A DNA stretch of 62,805 nt, counting the filler, from Sphacelaria rigidula (taxonomy: Eukaryota): the NCBI GenBank assembly GCA_964200075.2. It is 8 parts of 8 records of this genome, joined end to end, with 100 filler letters (N's around TTAATTAATTAA, not from the genome) between each part and the next. Parts side by side here need not be neighbours in the genome. Positions count along the whole stretch, not along the records: positions 7,865 to 15,627 come from CAXNAA020013528.1; positions 15,728 to 23,490 come from CAXNAA020013529.1; positions 23,591 to 31,353 come from CAXNAA020013530.1; 5 more parts are not named here. One strand, given 5' to 3'. The notes under the pieces are model-generated. The model did not search any database. It saw only the letters and a program-made list of their open reading frames with translations, and was not told where the DNA came from. Below are positions 13,030-24,589 of this stretch, piece after piece; within the stretch, counting starts at the first letter, position 1, and every line of letters starts with the position of its first letter. The position numbers were made by a program, and so were the translations under genes.

Positions 13030-13072
13030 GAAATGTATCGAGGTTTCGCGGAGTCATAGATCATTGGTTATA

Positions 13073-14034
13073 CGCGAACTGTTATGGTATTTGGAGGGAC
13101 TGGCCTCGACAAGATACAGTAACCTCTTGGGCATGCATGACTCGGATTGAAAGCAACGTTTGGATATGAATCTTTGATCGGGCCGGCGATGGACGCGAGT
13201 TTCTTGGAAATATCTAGATTGATGTTCCGAATTGGGTAAAACGGTTGATGAGGGATTCAAGTTGCATGGTTGATTGGGTCTGTCGGCATACTGTATGTTA
13301 GGTGCACAACGGGCAGTATTACCGGAATGTTCCTTGGACGGGGATTGGCGGTACAATACACGTGGTATTAACTGTTACAGACGGACTGCTGGATGGATGG
13401 ATGGGCCAGCAACGTCTCTGTTTATGTACCTGCCGTTGGCTTGCCATCCTTGTCTCATGACTATGTGTGAACGTAATTCTTACCGTAGGGTTGTATCGAG
13501 GAACCCAACGCCCTCATGTCACTCGTCTTGGTCACCTGGACAGAATCAGCGTGGTCTGCCCTTGCTCCGAGTTCCATTTGAATCCTACTGGTGGGCCGTA
13601 GTTGTGGGGACTATTAGCTCTTGGTTCGTAATTGTATAATGCAAATGGATATCTCATTTTTGTGAACGCCTTGAAATAAATTGCTCAACAGCGGCTGGAA
13701 TTGGGGTGGACTATTCACTACGCAGCTTTGGCTGCAGCAGATGCACACACGGCTCGAGCCTCTGTTGGTGAGAACTTACAGGACGAGGGTGTAGTGTGGC
13801 TTCCTTCTCGGAGGGTATTGCACACCTAATTACACCGGAAATGGGGTTCAGCCGGGATCAATCCGTTGTACACGATTCGGAACATCAATCTAAATTTTTC
13901 CAAGAAAATCGCATCCATCACGGGCCCAATCAAAGATTTATATCCAAATGTTGCTTTTGATCCGAGTCATGTACGCCCAAGAGGTTATTGTGCCTCATCG
14001 AGGCCAGTCCCCCCATAAACCATAACAATTACAG
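13073..14034. mobile_element. Non-autonomous element with ~170-bp imperfect TIRs
   Basis: 13077-13248 aligns in reverse complement with 13858-14030. TA on both flanks (Tc1/mariner-like, tentative). Confidence 0.75.
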
Positions 14035-14562
14035 TACAGTGGACATGGACCGAACATGTAAATAAAATTCACTTTGGAATGAGAAATTTACGAAACGATT
14101 ATTGCTTTAAACGTGTTTTGCTCCGACCCGCTATATCTTAATTAGTACCGCATTCTAATCGTGACGACTTCGCCCTGAACATAGCGGAGACCCTCCCCTG
14201 AACACACAATAATGCGCTAAGTCCCCCTGTAGCTTCCCTTGGGTGAACGATGCCATCGGGGTTGTCGGTAAGAAGCCATCACTTGCGCATGGCAGCATCA
14301 TGCCACAGCTGCGCTCAACTACGCTTGCGAACCCGTTTTACACCTCTTCGATGTTGCTGACCACGTAATGGTCGCTAAGTAACACGAAGATATCTGAAGG
14401 ACCTTCCCACGACTTATGCTTTCGTCGCCTGTGCAGTACCGCAGGCATGCCGTAGATGTAGGGGCAATCGTTCCAAGAAACGTCTATGCCCTCGTGCTGG
14501 GAAGGGGGTGATGGTTGTGAATTTCTCAAAGGTTTTACGGCGATAGTTGTAAGCCTCTCGAG

Positions 14563-15537
14563 TCATCGCTCGGCCAGAGCTGCACGGCACATCCCACAAG
14601 CCTCCACGGCTACAGCCACGAGCATCCCACAAGTGGTCGCCACGAGAACGCACGCGAAGACGTCCTGACTGAACGAGTTCTCTCCATCCGTGTCCACTTT
14701 CATCAGTAACGCCACGAACATGCTGACCATCACGACAGCGTGACCTATGCCGGCCAGCCATGCATCCCAACGGTTGGCGTACGGGTTCAGCACACTTAAA
14801 ACGGCAAAAAAGAACAACGACATGAGAAAGGTCATCACCACCTGTCCGGCCGTGTTTGGAAATATGAAAACGACGACGCCCGACAGCATCACGCGCCTCA
14901 AACATTCCACCACCTCAAAGTAGAACGCTTGCGGTCGATACGGTCTCCACAGCACTCTCGCAAAGTCGATGTTGTCGGTGACGGTGATAACAGCAGCGGC
15001 TTCTCCTCCAGTTCCCGGGTTTCCTTCGGCGCTCGACAATAGCGCGGCCCGCTCCCGATACAGAACGAGGGAATAGCAGAACGGGATACCCAACGGATAC
15101 ACAAGACACATGATCGCTGCGTACGCCCGGAACACGCTGTGTCTTGCGCTATCGCAGTCTATCCTGTGGTCGGCCCTCAGAAAAGATCTCGTGGATCCCC
15201 TCAGATCTCCCGTTTGCACAACGTCGCATGCAAACGTCTGAAATGTTGTGGCGGATACATTTGCGTAGATGAGGAGGGACGCCCAAAATATTATGGACGC
15301 GTGCGCGCGCTTGACTCTGGCTCGCTCTGCTCGATCGCCGACGGAGACTCGATGTTTGGCAGCGAAGTACGATGCCAGCACTAAGATCAAGAGCAACAAA
15401 GGGCCGATCGTAGAGACGAGAAGCCTGTCGTAGAAATCGGTATCGATCAAGCATCCGGCTGACAGGATCCACCCCAGATTCAAATTCAGCACTTGGCACT
15501 TGTCGAGGAAGGACTCCCTGGAGAAGAACGGGGCCAT
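14563..15537 (-). CDS. C-terminal multi-pass membrane domain of a large stramenopile-type membrane protein (5' part missing at the contig end)
   Basis: 324-codon ORF with several hydrophobic helices and family-like motifs DFYDRLLVSTIGPL, FQTFAC, FLRADHRIDC, YPLGIP, LWRPYRPQAFYFEVVECLRR, LNPY. The true start is not visible. Confidence 0.85.
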   Translation of the reverse strand: MAPFFSRESFLDKCQVLNLNLGWILSAGCLIDTDFYDRLLVSTIGPLLLLILVLASYFAAKHRVSVGDRAERARVKRAHASIIFWASLLIYANVSATTFQTFACDVVQTGDLRGSTRSFLRADHRIDCDSARHSVFRAYAAIMCLVYPLGIPFCYSLVLYRERAALLSSAEGNPGTGGEAAAVITVTDNIDFARVLWRPYRPQAFYFEVVECLRRVMLSGVVVFIFPNTAGQVVMTFLMSLFFFAVLSVLNPYANRWDAWLAGIGHAVVMVSMFVALLMKVDTDGENSFSQDVFACVLVATTCGMLVAVAVEACGMCRAALAER

Positions 15538-15627
15538 AAAGGCGGAGGGGGAGGGGGGAGGGGGGGGGGGGGGGCGGGGGTACTTGTTCGTTTCCTGTGG
15601 GGGTGTGCCGTTTACTTCGCCCCCCCC

Positions 15628-15727
15628 NNNNNNNNNNNNNNNNNNNNNNNNNNNNNNNNNNNNNNNNNNNNTTAATTAATTAANNNNNNNNNNNNNNNNN
15701 NNNNNNNNNNNNNNNNNNNNNNNNNNN
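15628..15727. other. Artificial contig spacer
   Basis: 44N-TTAATTAATTAA-44N. Confidence 0.99.
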
Positions 15728-16039
15728 ACGAATGCAATAAAAGAATCGAAAATCAAATCGGACACCGTTACGGGCTCGTATAAACATAACGGACTTATGG
15801 GACAGAGGAAGTAGCAGTCGCAACTGTTCTGAAATACATTGCCTGCAGACAGGTATCATCTCGACCACTTGATTCTAGAGTACAGATCTTCTTGGGCCGT
15901 TTTGTCATCTGAAGCTCTGAGAAGCCAGTGTCTCGTCTTCACTAGATTCATAGTATTCTTTTTCGCTGATACCTCTTCGCGTGCATTTCGCTGGGCAGTA
16001 GGGTACATTTTGTTCCTGCTTGGGTTTCGAAAGCGTTTG

Positions 16040-17420
16040 ATTCCTGCAATGTGTTCTGCGTGGCCTCAGGGCTGTCTTCTGCATGGCATTAGGGCTCGCG
16101 TTGCGATTGCTTTTCCTGTCGCCACACGTTGGGGGACTGTTCGACCGTGTGGCGTACCGCCATGAAAATCGAATCGGCATCATCTGTACTTCGCAATCAT
16201 AAGACGCGAGATCAATCATGCAACCGCTCTCCATCGAATACAGTCTTTCTCTGGAGGCAGGACTAGAACACCTCGAGCGTGTTTTGATGTGTGAATCGAT
16301 CCCCGTGCTGTCTCGACAGAGCTGTCGGGGCACGGTTCCAACTGCCTTTTTTTAATCGTTCCAGTTTTTGAACCGGCATCGGGTTTTGATCTGACACGCA
16401 CACACTTTCGGTTGAAATTAGAATCGAAACGGCATTTTCATTTGAATCGGCATCATCACCACCGTGGGGAGCTCCGTTGTACTGCAGCTGCTGCAGCTGC
16501 TGCTCCTCCTCTACCGCACCTGCAATTGTGTTACAATGAGCCCCGCCGCATGCAACCGTTTCTGCGCATTTCGCCGGACATTAGGGTGCCTTCTGCTTCT
16601 GCTTGGGTTTGGAGTACATTTGCTTTCTGCAGTGTGTTTGTTCTGCATGGCCTTAGGGCTGTCTTCTGCACGGCGTTAGGGCTACATGTGTGAGACGATC
16701 GTCGTGCCATCTCGACAGAGCTAACACTATATTCGTGAGATTCAGAGTGTAACATCGGATTCAGAGTAAAACCCGAAACAATTGAATTTCCCGTCGGTTT
16801 TGACATCGCCACAGTTCGAGGAGTAATGCGCCCAGCTGGTGAAGCGGTGGCTTCAATGAAACCTGCACGATCAATTTGACATATCACTTGATCGCAACGA
16901 CGTAGTCAGTCCATTGCAACCTTTGTTTCAGGAAAAAACGATTAGTGCCTGAAACAGTTTCAGTTCCGGAATGCCCCCCCAGGCGTAAAAATGCTTTGTG
17001 CGGTATCTCACCAACCAGACCGCCGAATTCCCCGAATGGGATACTGTACGGTAGCTGTATGCACAGAACGTGTGCTCAAGCAGAAACAAATGGCTGTAAG
17101 GAACGCTAGAGCATCCACTCTGAATCCGATATTACGCTCTGAATCTTACGAATATGTTGTTAGCTGTCGTGGCACGGTTCCAACTACATTTTTTTAAGCG
17201 TTCCAGTTATCCAACCGGCACCGGGTTTTGATATGGCACGCACTTTCTTTCTCTAGAAATTGTCATCGAGTTGGCATAATTTCCATTTCAATCGGCATCA
17301 ATGCCACCGTGGTGAGCCTCGTCGTACTGCCGCTGAAACTGTCGCCGCTCCTCCACCACACATGCGATTATTTTTACGATGAGGTCCGCCGTATGCAACG
17401 GTTCCTACTACTTCAAAGCT
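16040..17420 (+). repeat. Two tandem diverged copies of a repeat unit; partial third copy at ~18980-19200
   Basis: Shared blocks: agggctgtcttctgca (16068, 16655); gcacggttccaact..aaccggca.cgggttttgat (16330, 17172); ccgccg.atgcaac (16543, 17386). A similar block is at about 19134. Confidence 0.8.
16723..17161. mobile_element. 439-bp TIR insertion with AGCT target-site duplication
   Basis: ~45-bp TIRs aacactatattcgtgagattcagagtgtaacatcggattcagagt / actctgaatccgatattacgctctgaatcttacgaatatgttgtt. AGCT at 16719-16722 and 17162-17165. The paralogous empty site has one AGCT (16320-16323). Confidence 0.85.
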
Positions 17421-20296
17421 GAGTCCGGTTTTTGCGAATTGGGATAATGATTCATGATCCCGAGCCGACAAGGGAGGCCGTAAAGAAGCCAGCAGAAACT
17501 GATTTTCCCCAGCAATAAGCCGAGTTGAAGGACATATTCCGTTGGTCTGCTCATTCTGGCCTTTTCTTTTGCATCGTTTGGTCTACTGAAAAGCTCAACT
17601 CTTGGCCGCGAGGGTAGGTCACCTGCTGACTCGACATTACAATTCACTTGAAAAAAGTATACGTGATCCAGATGGACTACCCGCACCGCGGTCGAAGGGA
17701 CAACGAGCGTCGCTTCGGAACTGTTTTACAGGCCGACAGCCCCGAGACATTCGGGGTTTCCAGTGGGTGGGTGGGGGGCAACTGTTGGCAAAGCAGCCGA
17801 AAAGCTTACCAAGTCAACCATGTGTGCTCGAAAGTTTCCCGCGGAAGATTCTAAGCCAGAAACGAGGCCCGATAGGCGCGGAATGATCATTCTGACCAAT
17901 CATGGGCGTCAGAATGAGCACGTAGTTCCCCTACAGGTGGGCTACAGGTGGACTACTTCGCTGTCCAGCCGTATTTCTCATTTCGGTCATGATGATTCCA
18001 CCGTAGATAAATGAGGACTAACACGAGTAACGTGTTCTTTGTTCTCCTCGTGGTCTGTACCGCCTGTCTAGCGCCTCATGTGTTGCCAGCATAGGAGTCT
18101 GTCTTTCTCCGATAGTCCACCCCCCGAAAGTGGTTGGTTTGGGGAGGAAACATCCACAGGTAAATTCAAATGAAAAACGTCGAGGACAATGAGCAACTGG
18201 TAATTCCACACGCTTGGGTTCGTTTCCGCCAATACCGCCCATACGAAGCGCTTCATGCAGCCTGAAACCAAACAGCAGGTGCCGTATGGCTATTTTCTTG
18301 GTGACAGGTTTTGGGTTGGTTCCGGAGGGGGTCTATCGTAGAAAGATTCAATAGCTTCACACTGTCTGTTGTGTTGTAGTGGAACACTAAGCGGAGGAAT
18401 CAGCAGCATGCAGCAAATTGTGTTCAGTGGAAAGCGATGGCACGCTTACTATTTCTTGCCGTTGTGACCAGCGGAGAAATACCGCACACATACTGACGCT
18501 GCACGCTGTAGAGTGCACGGTCAGGGAGTCTCCACAACCATTTTCTATACGTATAGATGCTCGGCATACTCATGACTATGAAAAAAAGTGTTGTGTGTAC
18601 GTACTCGTAGCGAGAAAAACTGTTCTGAATCCCAAATGTGGCCTAATATAGTCCAACCCAGTCCATCTGCGGGGGGGGATCGCTTTCTAAGGGTTAAGCG
18701 TGAACGGTTTGCGGAAAATACGGACTTCGGTCATTTTTTTCGGCAATCTTCGTGGGCACATGTCACCCCCCCCCCCCTCCCCCCTCCATACTCAGTCATC
18801 TCCGCCAGTCATCTTCATGGCTTCGAGGAATATCTTTGCCGCCACTCTCCCGAGAACCACGAGAAAACCCGCCAGTTATACCCACGGCCAGGTAATCGGG
18901 CACTGTGTTAGCGAAGGGTGTGACAACGCGAACGTCTCGTGTTGCTGTCCAACCTTTAGAGGGTGCGTGCGTCAACTACAATATGGCACGCACTTTCTTT
19001 CCGTTGGAGTTATACTCGAGTTTGCCTCATTTCCATTTGGGATCATCATCACTGTGCTTAGTTCCGTCGTACTGCTGCTGCTGCACTACTGCTGCTCCTC
19101 TGCCGCACATAATTTTGTTTTTCACGGTAAGGTCCGCCGCACGCAAGGGTTTCTACTATTTCAAATTCAAGTCCGGTTTTTACGACTTGTCATAATTTTT
19201 CACGATGCCGAGCCGATTACGTGTTTCGTTTCTGATATACACCATATATAGTGAATGTTCATCCCCCGTGTGCTGCTGCCGCAGCTGCTGTTATGTTGCG
19301 AGTATTGCGCGATGTCTGTGATGTGGGTTTAGAATATTCGGTTAACCATTGTGGTCACGGGTTTGCTGTGTAGTAGTACTGGGCTCATGACTGGGAACGG
19401 TGGTGTGCGTCCGTCACGAGTCTTTCGTGTGTTGCCGGGGGTTTTGGTGGTGGAATAACATTGGGCTCATGGTTGTAGACGGTGGCGTGCGTCTGTGACA
19501 GTCGATGGTGCTGTCTTGACAGGTGTTACTGACGAGAGGAACACTGAGTTCATAGCACGAGTGTCGCCGGGTGTATGTTCGTCGACGGTGGACGGTGTTT
19601 GTTTGCTATCCGTTGCTGTGGGTGGAAAACGTGAACGATTGTCTCCGTGAGTATTCATCAACGCGGAAGGGTGTTCTGTTACCCTTTCCTGTAGGTGGAG
19701 CCATCAAACATTCATGAACCTTTTCTCCACCCCCTATTCCTGAGACAACGTGTGCCACAATACGCACACGGCGGGAATACTGCACTTCACACTATAACCC
19801 GTGCCGTCACACAACGCCCACAACAATGTCCGGTTCTCATATATCTCGACGCGCTGTCAAATCGCAGCTAAGTTTTTTGCAAAACCCATTCGCGTCAGGT
19901 TCGTCTTCCACCCTCAGTGCAACCACATGCCGCTCGCCGCGTTTGGTCGCTTGTCGAAACGTGACGCTCACAAGGAGACACCATCCAGGTACAACGTACA
20001 TCTATTTTGTGTGCCAAAAATATATAAGCATTCACGTGATATCAATAATGGGTGAGGTAGTTGGCATACAGCCCGTCACAGTACTGGGCGAGAAGGTGGG
20101 ACTATGTCGGTCGACTGCCTGCCGCGCAACCTCGTGCTCTGTTGTCATACCACGGGCGCTACTCTGTTCTCCCGGTCGTCAGTGTGTTGCTTCGAAGGAC
20201 ACAACCTTCTACAGCAGAAAAATGTAAAGCTCAGGAATATGGGGCGAGGAGTTACACAAACGCCGAATCGATCGCCCTGCACGACTGCAGAATCAT

Positions 20297-20537
20297 GCTA
20301 CGACAGGGGGGGGAGGGGGGTGTTTGATTCCACGAAAAATTGGGCTCATAGGTACGTCAAACGACCAAACACCATCGCGGTACGCTTGTATTTGGGTAAA
20401 AGCGGCATCAAGCAGTGTAAATGAGCGTTATTTATCGGGAGCAAGCGCGTTCGAACAACTGTTGCTGCTTTAAACGATGATCCTAGTATGAACTTCGTGG
20501 AAGAAAACGGTCCAAAATACCTCCCCTCTATCGTAAC
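20297..20537. mobile_element. ~240-bp MITE with G-rich TIRs, copy 1
   Basis: Ends gctacgacaggggg / cccctctatcgtaac. The body aligns in reverse with 23026-23260. Confidence 0.75.
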
Positions 20538-21727
20538 TTGACTCTGCACACACACACACGCACGCACACAATGTCTCGTCGTGTAAGACTCCTGCACGCA
20601 CTCCGCAATACGAATAGATAGAAAGCAGAAAGTTATGAAATAGCAGTAGTAACCAAACATTAGAGCTGTGACCGCCAGGGTGTGCCATCGGTGTCTTTCG
20701 CATCTTCCGAGTGAAACATGATGCCCACCCAATAGATGACACACCCTAACGACCGAACGGGTTATATCCCTGAGAGTTGGGGCGGACAATATTCCCCGGT
20801 TCATTGAACGTTCATATTCACAGCAGCCGATGTCAATTGAATGCTGTACTGGATTATTTTTGTTCAGTAGTAGTACTCACATGGTTAACTTGCAGTTTGA
20901 AATTTTCATTTTCTTCTTCACCCATATTGACTAAAAATGATGTCACTTTTTGATGTGTTCCACCACTTACTCTTGCATGGTAATGTGACTGCCAATTGTT
21001 ACACGACAATGTTGACATGTTGACAACAATGTTTATGTTGACAATCATGGTGGTGAATGATATTCGTCATATCACTGTCGATGAAGTTTGTCGAAGTTCG
21101 TGTGATACCTGCTGCAGCAAAGTGAGGTCATTCGCCGGACCTTCCCCCTCCGAAGCACGAAACACGGCGAACGTTCTCCGTTGTATCTCCAGGCCGATAT
21201 GCAGGTCCCACGGGAAAGTTGGACTTGCAGCCGAGCTCGAACCTGGGATCTCCGGGACGCTGCGATGTGCCTATACAGATAAAGAACGATGTAGGTGCAT
21301 CGCGTGGTGCATCACACAGCAGTCGCAGCATGTTCTCTACGAGGGGTTGTACTAACCTCCCGCTACATCGCATCGGGTATTGATTGATCGACCCGTACAA
21401 AGCGAACGCTAGGATCGCAAGCGGTGTGCGTCAGCAGGTTGACTTGTGGAGATCAAAACAGCGGACGCACGAAGCATCCCATACCTTTTTTTGGTCGTAT
21501 TTCTGGGGCCATGGCTCCGAAAACATCGACTTGATCCCACGGCTCAAGATCGTGTCCACACGTGCTACAGTGAATGTGGACATTACACTAATTTTACACC
21601 CTAGCTAGGCAACAATATAGTATGTTTCCAACACAATTTTGGGTATATATATATATTGGAATCCGCCAAGATATCGTCACCGCAATATACATCGAACGCA
21701 TTTTGCGCGGGGCAATTTTTTAATGAC

Positions 21728-22070
21728 GGATTGATTGTAGCACTTCGACTGATCCCCCAGGAGTCATAATCCAGCGGTGGTCATTATCCACAATAACGTA
21801 GACGTAACCGAAATGAAACAAAACGGAAACACTCGCTGAAGAAAAAGTGAAGGGAACAGGAAGGAAGAACAGACAGAAGAGACTGAGAAAAAAACACAAG
21901 AGGGAAAAAAAAGAAAATCAGAGGAAAACAAAATCAGGGGGAAAACAAAAACAGAGGAAAAAAAACGAAAGGGAAACAAAGAGGAAAATCAGAACAAAAA
22001 AGCATGCAAGGACAAGGAAGAGATAGAAATCGTCGACCTCTGCCACATGGCTTCGGTGCGAAAGCTCTTC
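21728..22070 (-). mobile_element. 3' end remnant related to the RTE-like LINE at 52480-53195
   Basis: gattgattgtagcacttcgactgatcccccagg resembles gattgactgtcgcactttcaactgacccctcagg (~52495), and ctgccacatggcttcggtg resembles ctgccgcatggcttcggtg (~52661). Confidence 0.55.
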
Positions 22071-23025
22071 CAACAATTGCCCGGTAATTATGTTTTGGTG
22101 TAGCCGGACTGCAAAATATAGCGCCCGGCCAATGTAATTTGAACCGCATACTCAACACCATGTTGTCCGACCAAAAATGCATTCGGTCACGCAGGCAACA
22201 GCATATTGCCTGACCAATATATATATATATATATATATATCGGGTCGGGCGGGCAAAAACAGTAAATGAATGTATTGAGTCACGCAGGCAGTATCATAAT
22301 GCCTGACGAATATTTACCGGGCGGGGAGAGCGAAAACATACATATTATCCGTCCCATGTGTGCTGGTGACGCACCCATGGCAGTGCAAAAGCCGTGGGTG
22401 TCTCTGGAAGTGGCGATACTCTACGCCTATCTCCACAGATTATCGGGCAAACTGCCGTATGTTGGCAAGCACAAAATTATTGCACACGGATTATTGTTCA
22501 GCGGTCAATATCGAAACCTTGGAGCCAAGCGAATCTGAAAAGCAGGGTAGGCTCCTCTCTGTGGGGTGATGCATTGTATCCGAGATGTGTGTTGGCGAGT
22601 TTCCCTGTTTGGGGATCAAAAAGTGGGTCAAACGTCCCAAAAGTGAACAATCCGTGGGCCAAAAACCTGTGTTATGGCCTAAGCTTCAAATATTTGGGCT
22701 CCTACAAAAAAGAGACCCAGAAACAGAAAAAAGTGCAACTCCTACCGTTGCAGTGCTCGAGAACGAGCGATGGAATTGCGGAAATGCGATCGTCTAGGCC
22801 CACGCCATTCATATTTGGGTGGGTGCACTTGCGCGCGGAAAGGTTCTAAATTTGTATTTCTAGTATCGCAGCGAGGATGGCGTGCGGGAACCATCGGCAC
22901 AAAAATCACTAGAAAGTCGAAGGCTCGTGATGTGCCGCTTGCCATCGGAACGCGTATCCGATATTTGAGCGAACGTCCTGGCACGTCAGACACTCATCAA
23001 GGTAGACGCTTGACATTAGAGTAAT

Positions 23026-23260
23026 GCTACGGCAGGGGGGGGGGGGGTACTTTGGGCCACTTCTTCTACGAAATTCTACTTGCAATCGTCGTTGACAACA
23101 ACAACGGTTGTTCGAACGCGCTTGCTTCCGATAGATAACGCTCATTCATATTGCTTGACACCGCGTTTACTTAAATACAAGCGCACCGCGAGTGTGTTGA
23201 GTCGCCTGAAACACCTGGGAGCCCAGTTTTTTGCGGAATCGGACACCCCCCCCTTATCAC
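23026..23260. mobile_element. ~240-bp MITE, copy 2 (inverted), right TIR cut by a LINE
   Basis: Reverse-complement similarity to 20297-20537. Ends ccccccccttatcac, after which LINE sequence begins. Confidence 0.7.
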
Positions 23261-23490
23261 ACATAAACAAAGGAATAGAAAAGGGTAAGGCACAGATAGG
23301 CAGGTTGGACGTGGTCCTCAGAGACTCGCACCTAGACACTAGGATTAAGAGGTATGTCCTGATGAACGTGATCGTACCAAAGCTAAAATATGCAGGGGAA
23401 GTATGGGAGAGGGACGCGAAGTTGGTGGAGAGGTTGGAAACAGTACAGATGGCAGCAGCTAAGAAGATACTTGGATGCTCGAAAACGACG
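23258..23490 (+). mobile_element. 5'-truncated LINE fragment, same family as 10216-11399, running off the contig
   Basis: HINKGIEKGKAQIGRLDVVLRDSHLDTRIKRYVLMNVIVPKLKYAGEVW..LETVQMAAAKKILGCSKTT matches the 10314-10540 region. Confidence 0.9.
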
Positions 23491-23590
23491 NNNNNNNNNN
23501 NNNNNNNNNNNNNNNNNNNNNNNNNNNNNNNNNNTTAATTAATTAANNNNNNNNNNNNNNNNNNNNNNNNNNNNNNNNNNNNNNNNNNNN
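23491..23590. other. Artificial contig spacer
   Basis: 44N-TTAATTAATTAA-44N. Confidence 0.99.
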
Positions 23591-24130
23591 TTGCTCTACT
23601 CGCTGAGACCGTTCCAGAGCACCTTTGTGTTTTCCGTAGGTCACAGTTTTGTTCTTGGCCAAAAATTCATTTTCAATAACAAACGGTCAAGTTATCAAAA
23701 ACAGGGGAGAAACTGCCATTTTTTTTTATAACTTAACCTTGACTCAACCGTGTGTTATTGAAAATGCAAGTTTGGTCAAAGACAAAGAAGAAGCATACAG
23801 GGGAGAACAATTGATACGTATTGTTGCACTCGTACTGAAAATTATATGCAATGAGGCAGCGTCCAGCACGCACATCCCTACTGCAATGCATCGCCCTACG
23901 GTGTTTGCGCAGGCAAAAAGTAAACCCACCGCCAACGGTGGAACCAAGAACCCACCCCCACCTGTTATTATGATCGATCCCGCGTCTTTTTTTAAAATTC
24001 GGGAGCCCACGTTTTTTCAATCTGCGACGGTTATATACGAGCAATTCGAGAGCCAAGTTTTTGAATTTGAGAGCGCCACTTGTACAAACCCGCCCGCCCG
24101 CGCATAGACGAGCACGTGTGATGCTCAGCA

Positions 24131-24524
24131 GGCAGGTGAACAGCACGCACATAGTTGACATAAACACAGCTACACACATAGAGAACATGCTCAGCGGGCA
24201 GGGTATACTTGTAACATTAACCTTGTTTGGTTTTGAAAACGTCGATCCTGAGGTGTTTCGAACTACGATGCGGACCTCTAAGCACGCGGCCTTCTCACGC
24301 ATCACACTTGCAACCTTGCACTACTGTACTACCTGTGCTTGCAGAGTACAGCCTGTACTCAAACATGCAGTAGTACATGATTCCAAGTACACCCTGCCCG
24401 CTGAGCATGTTCTCTGTGCGTGTAGCTGTGTTCATGTGAACTATGTGCGTGCTGTTCACCTGCCATGTCCGAGTACAGGCTGTACTCTGCAAGCACAGAG
24501 AGTATAGTGCAAGTTTGCACGTGT
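24131..24524. repeat. Two interlocked inverted-repeat pairs (A-B-A'-B')
   Basis: A 24131-24211 pairs with A' 24384-24464. B core 24333-24360 pairs with B' 24471-24498 (perfect 28 bp). Confidence 0.9.
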
Positions 24525-24589
24525 AATGCGTGAGAGGAAAACGGTCAAGCAATAAAAAAACGGGGGAAAATTCCGATGCAGGTGAATAG

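Noticed and set aside
12209-13057. 282-aa ORF as a gene
   Set aside because: It runs across a MITE and other repeats and has no recognisable domain.
19370-19520. Copia primer-binding site (gtcatgagcccag, minus strand)
   Set aside because: The motif occurs twice as part of a local duplication. No gag sequence or paired LTR follows.
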